Shown piece by piece: positions 25,950 through 36,129 of a stretch of 64,000 bases of DNA. Both the position numbers and the translations under genes were made by a program. The DNA is from an uncultured Planctomycetota bacterium (lineage in GTDB: Bacteria; Planctomycetota; Planctomycetia; Gemmatales; Gemmataceae). Numbering within the stretch: the first letter of the stretch is position 1; each line of letters begins with the position of its first letter. The stretch spans positions 1-64,000 of the forward strand of contig CAWKHF010000003.1 of the NCBI GenBank assembly GCA_963849325.1, in the 5' to 3' direction. The notes below the pieces were generated by a model. That model saw only the letters and a program-made list of their open reading frames with translations, had not been told where the DNA came from and ran no database searches.

Positions 25950-28524
25950 TTAGGGTTTTGCCGCCAGCAGTTCCTTGATCTCGATCTTGCGGAACTCGGC
26001 CACCGTCTGCGCGGTGTATTGTTGCAAGGCAATGTGGCCGCCGGGCAAGCGCTTCTTGACGGTGTAATCCGCCGTCGTCTTACCGTTCACCTTGATGACA
26101 ATATGGTTCCCCTCCGCGATCACCTCCAACGTGAACCACTCGCCGGGCCTTCCGGACCATCCGCGGACGTTCACCAGAGACGCGCCGGTGCCCGTACAGA
26201 GACTCCCGGTTTGACCTGAGTCATTGGGCCTACTGTAGTAGATCGCCGCCTCGTGGCCGAAAAAAAAGTCTGGTGTCGTGGACCGGATCGAATCCCCCCG
26301 GAAATAAATGCCGCTATTGCCCTGGTGGTTGATCCGCGCCTCGACGCGCAGGTGGAAGTCGCCATAATCGCCGCGCTCCGTGTAGAGATAGCTGGTGGTC
26401 GGACCCGAGCCGACAAGGGCGCCGTTCTCGACGCGCCAGTTGTCCCGCTGCGCCGGATGCGTCTTCCAGCCGGTCAGGTCCTTGCCGTTGAACAGCGACA
26501 CGAAACCTTTTTCCTCTGTCGCCACGTTGGCAGCCGGTGGCGTCTCGGGTCTTGGCAGCCGGCGGTGTCTCGGACTGGGCCGCCGGTGGTTCCTTGATCT
26601 CGAGCTGTTGCTCCCACTTCCCGCGATAATACTCCTTGAAAGGGCCGTTGCCGATTTTGACTTCGCAGGAGTTGTGGTAGAGACGCACCCCTACAGCGAC
26701 AGACTTATTATTCTTCAGTTCTACATAATCGTTTGTACGATCGATTTCCACGAATAAGTATGTATCAGATCCTTTTTTTTCAATCCAATCCTTGCCATTA
26801 TCCGTCGTGAAAGAACCTCGACTGTGTGTCCACCGGATCCGTTTGGGAGCAGCGGCTTTGCCCTCGTCTTTTGGGTTCCCAGGTTGCTCCTCTCGCTTGG
26901 CGGCTTCCTTCACCGGCTCCAGCCGCACTCGGATCGGCGACGACTTGCCCGACTTCAACTCGACGTCCCGGCTGACGACCTCGAAGCCGTCCTTGCGGAC
27001 GCGCAGCTGGTGCGGGCGGCCCGGTTCCACCTTAATCTCGATAGGCTTGTTGTCGCCGGGCACCTGAATGCTGATCTTCTGGCCATCCACCGTCACCTCG
27101 GCGTCCGGCTGATCGATCTCCAGCACCACATACGCCTCGCCGTCCGCCGTCTTCACCTTGGTCTTGAAGGCAATCCCCGCCAATAGCCACGCTCCCAGCC
27201 CCAACGCCAGCACCGCCGCACCCACTCCCGCCAGCATCGGTCCACGACGATACCACGCCACCGGTGCCGGCTTCGTCGCCTTCTCCGCCGGCTTGGCCTG
27301 CTTCTTCACGGAGGTAACAGCTTCTCCCAGCCCCTCGAACGGCTGGGCCTCGGCGGCGGGTGACTTGCCCGGCACGTCACGCAGGATGGCCTAGATCTTG
27401 CTGGTGTCCGCCGCGATCACCGTTCCCGTCGCCGCCGCGCCCGATGCGGGCGGCGAAGCGACGGCCGCCGCTCGCTTCGTGCCCGGCTTGACGAACTCCG
27501 ACAACGCCTGAGCCACCTCAATCGGCGTCTGAAAACGACGCGCCGGATCCTTGGCCAACATCCGCGCCACTACCGCCGACAATTCCAACGGCACGTCCGC
27601 ACGCACCTCATGCACAGCCGGCGGCTCCTGCTCGATCTGCGCCAGGATCAGCTTGACGATGCTGTCCGCCTGAAACGGCGGACGACCCGTCAGCACAAAG
27701 AACAGCGTGCAGCCCAGACTGTAAATGTCGGCGCGCGTGTCGGCGCTGCGTGCATCGGTGGCCTGCTCCGGCGACACGTACTCCGGCGTGCCCATGAACG
27801 CATCCGCTTGCGTCAGACCGCATCCCTGCTTCCGTTCACTCCGCATCCGCGCCAAACCGAAATCCAGCACTTTGACCTGACCGCGGCCATTGACCATGAG
27901 GTTTTGCGGCTTGATGTCGCGATGCACCATGCCCTGCTCGAAAGCGTGTTGCAGTCCCAACGCCGCCTGGCGAACATAGTGACAGGCATAAGCGATCGGC
28001 TGTGGTCCCTTCGTCGCCACCAGTTCGGCCAGGCTGGTGCCCTCGACATACTCCATCACCAAGAGATGCATGTTGCCGACTTGCTCGGCGTCATAGGCGC
28101 GGACGATGTTGGGATGATCGAGCTTGGCGGCGGCTTTGACCTCGCCCTGGAATCGTGGCAGGGCGTCGGGGTGGGCCAGGACGCTGGGATTGATGACCTT
28201 GACGGCGACGGTTCGTCCCATGACGGTTTGTTCGGCCTGGTAGACGACACCCATGCCGCCACGGCCCAGCTCGCGCAGGAAGCGATATTTGCCGTAGTTA
28301 GCTAGGTCCGGCGGCAGATCTTGGAGTGGAAGGGAGGGCACGTCCGGCTTGGCGGCGCGAACCTTGCCGACAAAGGAGTCGGCGGGCAAGCCCTCGATGG
28401 TCTTGCGGCAGGCGGAACAGTTTTCTAGATGGCTGGCGACGGCGGCCGCGGCGGAGTCGGACAGCTTGCCCAGGTTGAAAGCGACCAACTCCTGCTCGGA
28501 GGGGTGGACGACGGCGTTCGGCAT
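25950..28524 (-). CDS. Ser/Thr protein kinase (zf-HC2 - kinase - TM - PEGA-like - small beta domain - DUF1080); interrupted by an in-frame TAG at 27391 and a frameshift near 26545
   Basis: HLENCSAC, GRGGMG, VAVK, HRDIKPQN, DFG, GTPEYVSPEQ. DUF1080 motifs SLFNGKDLTGW, NSGIYFR and GHIALQ. Confidence 0.85.
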
Positions 28525-28649
28525 AGCGCACTCCTATCGGGGAGAACGAACGGGAAGCTCGCGGCCGAGACCTCCGAGGATTCGGGAGGTCGCATCATAC
28601 GATCTAAGTAGTGCGTTAGCCGAAACAATCCTGTCAGAAAAATGGCGAT

Positions 28650-29228
28650 TCAATCGACCAACCCCTTGGCCTCCTGGCGCAACGCCTTGAGGACGCGAGA
28701 CTTGGCGAGCCAGACGGCCGCGACCGATAGACCCAATTCTTCCGCGACTCGCGACGACGGAACCTCATCGAAGACGACGCGGCGGAAGGCCGTCAGGGTG
28801 GAATCCTCGAACATCGGCTCAATCAACTCCAGCAACCGGCGCAGGACGTGCTGATCGTGTTCCTGGTCCCAAAGCAGGCTCAGTTCGCTGGAGGGGTCTT
28901 GCAGTCGCGCCAACGGACACTCCTCCAGGGGAGTGCCAGCGGCTCGGCTTCGACGCTGGAGCGATTGATGATGAGCGAGGGCGCGGTGAGCCGTGATGCT
29001 GCGCAGCCAACTGCGGAAGGAGCCGGTCCTCTGCCGTTGGAAGTTAGGCCGCTCACGGAGAAGGACGGGCATGACCTCCTGCACCACATCCTCGGCTTCA
29101 TCGCGGAGGCTCGGCCAGCGAAACAGCCAGCGCCGGACGAGGGGCCGGTAAATGTCGTCCAGACACCGCCACGACGCTTCATCAGGCGCTGTGCGCAGTC
29201 TTTCCAACAGGCTAAGGGGCGTTTCCAT
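28650..29228 (-). CDS. ECF sigma-70 factor (planctomycete kinase-associated type)
   Basis: SLLERLR, EAEDVVQEV, GSFRSWL and region 4 VAEELGLSVAAVWLAKSRVL. Confidence 0.9.
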   Translation of the reverse strand: METPLSLLERLRTAPDEASWRCLDDIYRPLVRRWLFRWPSLRDEAEDVVQEVMPVLLRERPNFQRQRTGSFRSWLRSITAHRALAHHQSLQRRSRAAGTPLEECPLARLQDPSSELSLLWDQEHDQHVLRRLLELIEPMFEDSTLTAFRRVVFDEVPSSRVAEELGLSVAAVWLAKSRVLKALRQEAKGLVD

Positions 29229-29371
29229 GTAGACCTCGAGTTTTGAGTCTAATTCAAAACGCGACAACAGGGAATAGACGCTCCTGGAAATCGAGGATCG
29301 TCGCGGGATCACGGTTGACAGTCGAAGAGGGGCTGGTGGATGGCATCAGGGAGAAGGTGGTACGCGGCGCC

Positions 29372-29447
29372 GGGTAGTGTCCTAGGATTGCGTTGATCCG
29401 TCCCAGCCCGGTGCCGGGACGATCAACGCAATCCTAGGACACTACCC
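29372..29447. mobile_element. Miniature inverted-repeat element, TA-flanked (IS630-like ends)
   Basis: Perfect 27-bp inverted repeat GGGTAGTGTCCTAGGATTGCGTTGATC at 29372-29398 and 29421-29447. Confidence 0.6.
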
Positions 29448-29866
29448 ACACCCAAGAACTTCACCAAGGACAGCCTGGAGGTTATCCGCCCGTGCAAGAC
29501 CTTGAAAACCATCGTCATCGGGTATCAAGGTTCTGACAGGCTCGCCGCGAAGGACTTCTGGAAGAAATTCGACGCGGGAGAGTTCAAGCCGTAGAGGGAA
29601 TTAAATCTGTTGGAGCGTGCCCAGAATAGCAACCCTATCGACCTGGGAGGCGCACCGGAACGACCCCGATTGCAATGCCGTGGGCCGACTGATCGATGAG
29701 CCGATGACTGTCACCCCCTGTACTCCGGAGCGTTCGCGCGTCGGTCACCTCGACCGAATTGCCAATCGTTCGATGTCCACCGTCGCGCCCAAGTCTCAGC
29801 ACCTCGGTGACCAGGTCAGGGTGCCATATTTCGGCGGTCAGGACGATCTTTGATATGCGACCCGGG

Positions 29867-30970
29867 TCACTCGCTCTTCTTCGGCGCATACCCTCGCCAC
29901 ACCCATTCAATGGCGTGAGGTAGGAATTGCGCCTGGGCATTGCCAATGCCGTGGCCAGCGTTTCGGCAGAAAAGATACTGGTACTCATAGCCCTTGTCCT
30001 TCAGCACCTTGGCCATGCGGTTGTTGGCCTCGACCCAGTCGTGCATCCCGTCGCGCATGACGTTGGGGTTCAAGAGATCTCGATCTCCCACGGAAATGAA
30101 AACGCGCAGGGGCTTCTTGGGACTATTCGGAATGATCGTTTCATGAAAATCCCAGGCGCCACCGGGCGTCTCGGGGTTGAAGGGCCATTGCTGGTTGACG
30201 AAGGTGCCTGAAGTGGTCAGCACGCGATGGTAGAGATTCGTGCGATACCAGGCCATGATGAGTGCGGCTGATCCACCGGAGCTGTTGCCCATGGCCGCGC
30301 GACCGTCCGGATCTTTGGTCAGCTTGACCTCACAGTTCTTCTCCACGCGCGGCAGGACCTCGGTTTCGATGTAATCCGCAAACATCCCGGACATCGTGTC
30401 ATATTCCTTGCCGCGCTCATGACCCTGGGCATCGCCGCCGCCGTTGGCAACCATAATGGCGAGGATCGGCGGTATTCGCTTCTGAGCGATCAGGTTGTCG
30501 AGTATCCGCGGCAGTTGCCTATTCGGTTTGCCCGTGGGACCGTCGTGGCAGACCATGAACGGCGCTTGGCTGCCCGCCTTATACTGGGCCGGGATGTAAA
30601 CGGTGATCTGACGTTTGTAGTCGATGTTGTGCGTTTCGACGATCAGGGTCTTGGGGTTCTTCGGATCCACCTTCCCGAAGACCTTTCGGGCAATCCCTGG
30701 GTTGAAGAGTTTGGTCTCCTTTGAATCGATGGTGAATTGCTTCACCTTTCCCTGTGGAACGCCTTCGACCGCCTTGCGTTCAGGGGCGGGTGTGTACTCG
30801 GGGCCGATCACGAAATTACCGTCCCCATCCAGCGGCGGATTCTCGCCGGCTTTCAGCACTTTGAAGGGTGGAAAACCGGGGTCATCAAACCTGCGCACCG
30901 GCGGTTGCGCAAGAGCTGTCTGCGTATACAACAACGTGAAGATCAGAAATATCGCCCATGGCTTGGACAT
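29867..30970 (-). CDS. Secreted Fes-like alpha/beta-hydrolase (esterase)
   Basis: Signal peptide, VYIPAQY, ERGKEYD and nucleophile motif GNSSGG. Confidence 0.88.
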   Translation of the reverse strand: MSKPWAIFLIFTLLYTQTALAQPPVRRFDDPGFPPFKVLKAGENPPLDGDGNFVIGPEYTPAPERKAVEGVPQGKVKQFTIDSKETKLFNPGIARKVFGKVDPKNPKTLIVETHNIDYKRQITVYIPAQYKAGSQAPFMVCHDGPTGKPNRQLPRILDNLIAQKRIPPILAIMVANGGGDAQGHERGKEYDTMSGMFADYIETEVLPRVEKNCEVKLTKDPDGRAAMGNSSGGSAALIMAWYRTNLYHRVLTTSGTFVNQQWPFNPETPGGAWDFHETIIPNSPKKPLRVFISVGDRDLLNPNVMRDGMHDWVEANNRMAKVLKDKGYEYQYLFCRNAGHGIGNAQAQFLPHAIEWVWRGYAPKKSE

Positions 30971-31651
30971 GAGATTTCCTCGTAAGTTCTTGTGGATTCG
31001 GGACCAAGTCCCAGGCCGATGCTCTGCCTTCTGGATATCAGGATAGAGCGCCGAAGTGACGAAGACCATCTCGGTTGCACGCACCGGGCCGAAAGCCGAG
31101 CGCGGTTCCTTGACGCCGTCGCGTGCTCCGGTCACATCGACCGCGGGGTGTCGGGCCGGAGCTTGCAACGTTCAAAAACCAGCCTGGAATTGGACGGGCT
31201 GGGGACATGGTCCGTCCTTTCAAGCAGGTGAGCCCGCTGCCGAGGAGGAAGAATTTCATGCATCAGTTTCAGGTCAGAAACGCCGCCAGGTCCATTGGAG
31301 TCGGTCGCGCTCACGCTCCTCTCCCTTCCAGGGGCGGCGGCACAGGGCACTGGTCGAGCCATGACACCATCCGTCCGACCCGCCCCCGCTGCTCCTGCAT
31401 CTGCCGCATGATCGCGGCCTGGTTAACGCGCATCTCTTCCCAGCACTTCGCGGCCACCTCCTCGAACTTGCGGGCGATGGCTTCGCGCTGCTCATGGCCC
31501 GATAAGCTCGCTCCACGGTCGAGCGCCGTTCGCGCCAGGAATCCGGCATTTTGCTGGCGGCATCTGGCCCGTCGTGGTAATCTCGTCCTCCGTCTGACGT
31601 TTTTCGGCCCGTTCATCGTTCGCCTCGCAGGAGTCGAACCGGAGGACGCCC

Positions 31652-33539
31652 ATGTACCAGCAGTTCGGCGCACGCGAGGTCGGTGACACCAGGACCGCCC
31701 GATTTCGACTGTTTATCCCGGACAACGCTCTCGATCCCAGCCAGTACACGGCCGGCAAATCCCCCAACATCACCGCCGTCCACGTCGTAGGGGACTTCCA
31801 GAGCGCCCTCGGCAAGTCGGATTGGTCGGTGGACCCGCTGTTCGAGATGAAGAAGTCGAAGTTCACCGACCCCGAGGACGGGAAGACGAAGGGGTGGCTC
31901 TACGAACTGGTCACCGCGGCGCTACCCGTGGGCTTCTATCAGTACAAGTTCCACCTCACCTTCTCCACGAAGCCGCCCCGGACGGTGTGCGACCCATGCA
32001 CGCGGTACGGCGGGGCTACCGACCAGAATTCGGCGTTCGTTATCGGCGGCCCGAAGATGGACGCGGTTCCGCTCGCCTCCCCCAAGCCGCTGGACCAGCT
32101 CGTCTTGTACGAGCTGATGATCGACGACTTCACCGCGACAATCCTCGGGAACAAGGCACGCCTCGCCGTCGTCCGGGACAAGCTCGACTACCTCGCCGGC
32201 CTGGGCGTCACCGCGATCCAGTTCATGCCCTGGACCCAGTGGACGGGAGAGAATTATGACTGGGGCTACACGCCCCAGGACTATTTCGGCGTAGCGCTCC
32301 GCTACACGCTGAACCCGGCCGACGAGACCGAGAAGCTGTTCCTGCTCAAGCAGGTCATCGCCGAATGTCACTCCAGGGGAATACACGTCTTCCTCGACGG
32401 AGTGTTCGACCACGTCACCGATACCGGGTCAGAAAACGGGTTTGGCTACTACTGGATCTGGGAAAATCCGGAAGATTCACCCTACATTGGCAACTTTGAA
32501 CAACACCTTTTCGGCCTCGACCTCAATTTCGCGAATGGCTGCCTCGCCGATTTCATCTTCGACGTGTGCCGCTATTGGGTCGAAGAATTCGCCATTGATG
32601 GTATCCGTTTCGACGACACTTTGGGCTTCTATGCACCTGAAGATCCGGAAAAGCACGGGCTGGCGACCCTGGTTACTCGCCTCCAATCGTGGCTGGGGGA
32701 GAAGCATCTTGACAACTTCGCCCTCATCATCGAGCACTGGTGGGATTACCGTTCGATCGACGTGGTGAATAAGGTCGGCGTGACGAGCTGCTGGCTCGAC
32801 CAGTTCCGCAGCCAGTCGCAGGGCTTCTTGCGGAATCGCCAGATCCAGCCGTCCATCATGCGGATGCTCGACTCGGCCCGGGATTTCGACAAGGGGCGGA
32901 CCCCGGTCACCTACATCGAGAACCACGACCACGAGACGATTACCCTGAACGCCGGAAGCCGTGGCGAGTGGTGGCGGATGCAGCCCTACGCGATCGCACT
33001 GCTGACGGCTTCCGGCGCCCCGCAGATCCACGACGGGCAGGAGTTCGCCGAGATCTACCCGATGCCAGAGCAGGACGACAAGACCGCACCGGCGGATAGC
33101 ACGGACCCGTGGCGGAAGCGGGTCGTGCCGAGGCCGCTGCACTGGTCCAACCAGACGGATGGCCCCGGAAGCGCGCTGGTGAGCCTGTACCGTAAGCTCA
33201 TCGAGATCCGCCGCACGCACCCCGGCCTAACCTCGCCGGACTTTCACCCGCGGGGTTGGGACGAGTCGTGGACGAAGCGGGACCGTGACGGTTTCGGGAT
33301 CGACGTCTGAACACCAGGTAGTCGTCTATCACCGCTGGGGGACGATCGCGGACGGCAAGACCGAGAAGTTCTACGTCGTCCTGAATTTCTCACCGTACAC
33401 CCAGACGGTTGACATGTCGTTCCCTGACAACGACGGGTGGACGGATCTGCTGAGCGGATGGAAGCCGACAGTCAGCAATAACTGGCTTCGCGTCGATGTG
33501 GGGTCGAACTGGGGGCACATTTTCTACAAGTTGTATTGA
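31652..33539 (+). CDS. GH13 alpha-amylase-family glycosidase (branching/trehalohydrolase-like); frameshift near 33305
   Basis: WGYTP, DGVFDH, DGIRFD (nucleophile), IIEH (acid/base) and ENHD. Confidence 0.88.
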
Positions 33540-33849
33540 GGCAGGCGGGTTCGATGGGTAGGCCGGAGCGGGCAGCGGCGGTTCCGCAATCGTCAGGTCG
33601 GCCATCTGGTTGCCCTCTCACGCATGGCTCGCCGCCGCGTGGTCATGGGCGTTTCCTTTTCACAGTATCTGATAGCGAAATCAGGTTGTAGTCGTATGAC
33701 TGGTCGTGTTCTATATATCCGTGTAGCAGCCGAGTGTCCTCTTCACCGAAATAATGGTGCAGGTAAAGGCTGAAATGGTCTACCAGCAGCAAGCCCGGGA
33801 CGCAACCGCGGTCGTGCCGACTCCCGCCCCATCTTCGAGACTATCGGGA

Positions 33850-34028
33850 AGCGGCCGTGGCGTTACCGCTGGCCGGACGACTTCCGCGACGAGGTGCTGG
33901 CCCGCCTGCTGGAGTTGAACGAGCAACGCGCCGAGCACGAAGCGTTGGCCGGTCCCGCCGAGAAGCCGAAGAAAGGGCGCGGCAACAAAGCCCTTCGACG
34001 ACCGCCTGAACCTCCCGGGCTGTTCTAA
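33850..34028 (+). pseudogene. C-terminal remnant of a type IIG/IIL restriction-modification enzyme
   Basis: RYRWPDDFRDEVLARLLELNEQRAE tail with no upstream coding region. Confidence 0.6.
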
Positions 34029-34079
34029 CGCTCCGCCGCTTGTTACGATCAAAACCATCCCAATTCGAGAGGAGGAGCG

Positions 34080-34208
34080 ATGACACTCGAAGGCACCGTG
34101 GTCAATGGCGTGATTGTGTTGGATGGCGGAGCGCGGCTGCCCGAGGACGAGCGCGTGCGCATCGAGCTGTTGGACGACGACACGGTTGCTCCGCCGCCGG
34201 AGCCTTAG
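34080..34208 (+). CDS. Small AF2212/DUF104-like antitoxin-type protein (42 aa, possibly truncated)
   Basis: Strong RBS GGAGGAG, then MTLEGTVVNGVIVLDGGARLPEDERVRIEL. Confidence 0.55.
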   Translation: MTLEGTVVNGVIVLDGGARLPEDERVRIELLDDDTVAPPPEP

Positions 34209-34300
34209 CGGAATCGTTCCGGTCCCCCCGCGCAAACCACCTGAAAGTCCAATTCCTCAACCAGACGCTCCGCGTTCCGGACCAAATGGAAGAGACTGGC

Positions 34301-35902
34301 TCACTTCTTCCGCGGCGGCGCGTCGGCGAACGGCGGCCTCTCGAATCGGCAGTTCGGCTCCACGAGCCGCGGATCGCCCGCGTCCGTGAGGATCTGCGTC
34401 AGCCGCTCCGAGAGTTGCTTCCGCGTCGCCGCATACGCCTTGTCGCCGACCACGTTCTTCATCTGATCCGGGTCGAACCGGAGGTCGTAAAGCTCCTCCG
34501 CCGGACGCTTGCCGAAGGCCAAGTCGTAATGCCGCTTCCACGCTTTGTCGTGGCGATGCGCAATCAGCCACGCCTTGGTCGGACTGGCATCCAGATCGGC
34601 GAACGCGATGCGCGTGTCGTTCTCCAACACGCTGGCCGCCGGCGCCTTCTCTGCCGTCACGTACTTCGGATCTCCCAGCGGATAGCGGTCGGGAGCGAAG
34701 TTGCGGATGTACAGGAAGTCCTTGGTGCGCAGTGCCCGTTGTGGGTACGGCTTATTTCCCTCGCGCGCGTCATCCACGTGACGCTCTCGCCCCGTCACCA
34801 CCCCGGTGCGTTCCGGGTCCACCTGACCGGACTTCTTCGAGGTGAGTACGGGCCAAAGAGACTTCGCGTTCAGGCCAGCGGGATGCTTCACCCCGGCGAC
34901 GTCGAAGAACGTCGGTGCGAGGTCCATCAGGTTCACAAAGTCCTCCAGCACGCGCGGCCCGCGCACGCCCGGTCCCGCCGCCACCAGCGCCACGGCGGTG
35001 CCGAAGTCGTACAGGTTGCACTTGCTGCCGGGAAAGCCGCCCGCACCGTGATCGCCGCTGATTACCACCAGTGTGCGTTCGAGCTCGCCAGCGTCCTTCA
35101 GCTGTCGCAGCAGCACGCCCACGTAGGCGTCGAATGCTTGTGTTTCGCCGAGATAGTCGGCGAAGTCCTCACGCACCTCCGGCACATCGGGCAGGAACTT
35201 CGGCAGCTTGCCCTGGAGCGATTCCGGATCAATTCCCCACAGGTCCTTACCGGAGCCCTTCACCCAGGTGCGGTGCGTATTGGTGGGGCCGAACCAGAAG
35301 AAGAACGGCTGGTTGGCGACGCGGGCCTTGAGGAAGGCGGCAAAGTTGCCCTCCACTTGCCCAAGCAGGTCGGCCCGCGCCTGCGCGACGCTCTTGCCGT
35401 TCCTGACTGACTGGGTTGCCCGTGCGGAAAACCGGTTGAAGGCCATGCCCGCTTTCTGAAAGGCATACTGTTGTTGGCCGATCGGCGCGTCCACCGGCGT
35501 GCCGGGACTCCAGACCTTGCCTGACTTGCCAATCTGGTAGCCCGCGTCCCGCAGCAGCAGCGGGAAAGCCGGGATACTCTGGTCCCAGACGGCCCCGAGC
35601 AGGATGGCTCCGCGGCCGGTGTTGAAGAAGTAGCGGCCGCTGAGCAGCGAGCTACGGCACGGCGTACAGGAGGGGGCCGGAACAAAGGCGTTGCGAAACA
35701 ACACCCCGCGAGCCGCGACCGCATCGATGTTCGGCGTATGGACGACGCGGTTGGCCGTCGGCCTGGCGTCGAGCGCCGCGTAGGCTGAGGCATAGCGGCC
35801 CCAGTCGTCGGCAAAGCAGAAGAGGATGTTCGGACGCTCCGCCGCCGTGGCCTGGCTGGCGAGCAAGAGGGCAGTGAGAAGGCAAACGGGAGAGGCGTGC
35901 AT
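34301..35902 (-). CDS. Secreted formylglycine-dependent sulfatase
   Basis: Signal peptide, PNILFCFADD, CTPCRSSLLSG (CxPxR) and GDHG. Confidence 0.93.
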   Translation of the reverse strand: MHASPVCLLTALLLASQATAAERPNILFCFADDWGRYASAYAALDARPTANRVVHTPNIDAVAARGVLFRNAFVPAPSCTPCRSSLLSGRYFFNTGRGAILLGAVWDQSIPAFPLLLRDAGYQIGKSGKVWSPGTPVDAPIGQQQYAFQKAGMAFNRFSARATQSVRNGKSVAQARADLLGQVEGNFAAFLKARVANQPFFFWFGPTNTHRTWVKGSGKDLWGIDPESLQGKLPKFLPDVPEVREDFADYLGETQAFDAYVGVLLRQLKDAGELERTLVVISGDHGAGGFPGSKCNLYDFGTAVALVAAGPGVRGPRVLEDFVNLMDLAPTFFDVAGVKHPAGLNAKSLWPVLTSKKSGQVDPERTGVVTGRERHVDDAREGNKPYPQRALRTKDFLYIRNFAPDRYPLGDPKYVTAEKAPAASVLENDTRIAFADLDASPTKAWLIAHRHDKAWKRHYDLAFGKRPAEELYDLRFDPDQMKNVVGDKAYAATRKQLSERLTQILTDAGDPRLVEPNCRFERPPFADAPPRKK

Positions 35903-36129
35903 TGCTGTTCTCGTTCTCAGGGAATGGTTGCTTTTCCTTGGCGGGCGACCGATTGTCCCATGTCGGTGCGACCCGCTCGCCCTTTCAGGTGTCGAGCTGC
36001 TTCCGCAGCGCGGCACGTTCGTTGGGCTTCTTACCGGCAGCGCGTCGAAAAAAGTTCGCGTCCTGCAACTACCTCTTCTGAAACAGACTCCTACTGCCAG
36101 AACGGGGGACTCATTCGCTCACGGATCGA

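Noticed and set aside
27391-27393. In-frame TAG, considered as pyrrolysine or genetic-code reassignment
   Set aside because: No pyl genes are visible, TAG ends other genes here normally, and the codon is in a non-catalytic linker.
31270-31650. Short minus-strand ORFs between the esterase and the GH13
   Set aside because: They have no recognisable motif or convincing start and cannot be distinguished from chance ORFs.
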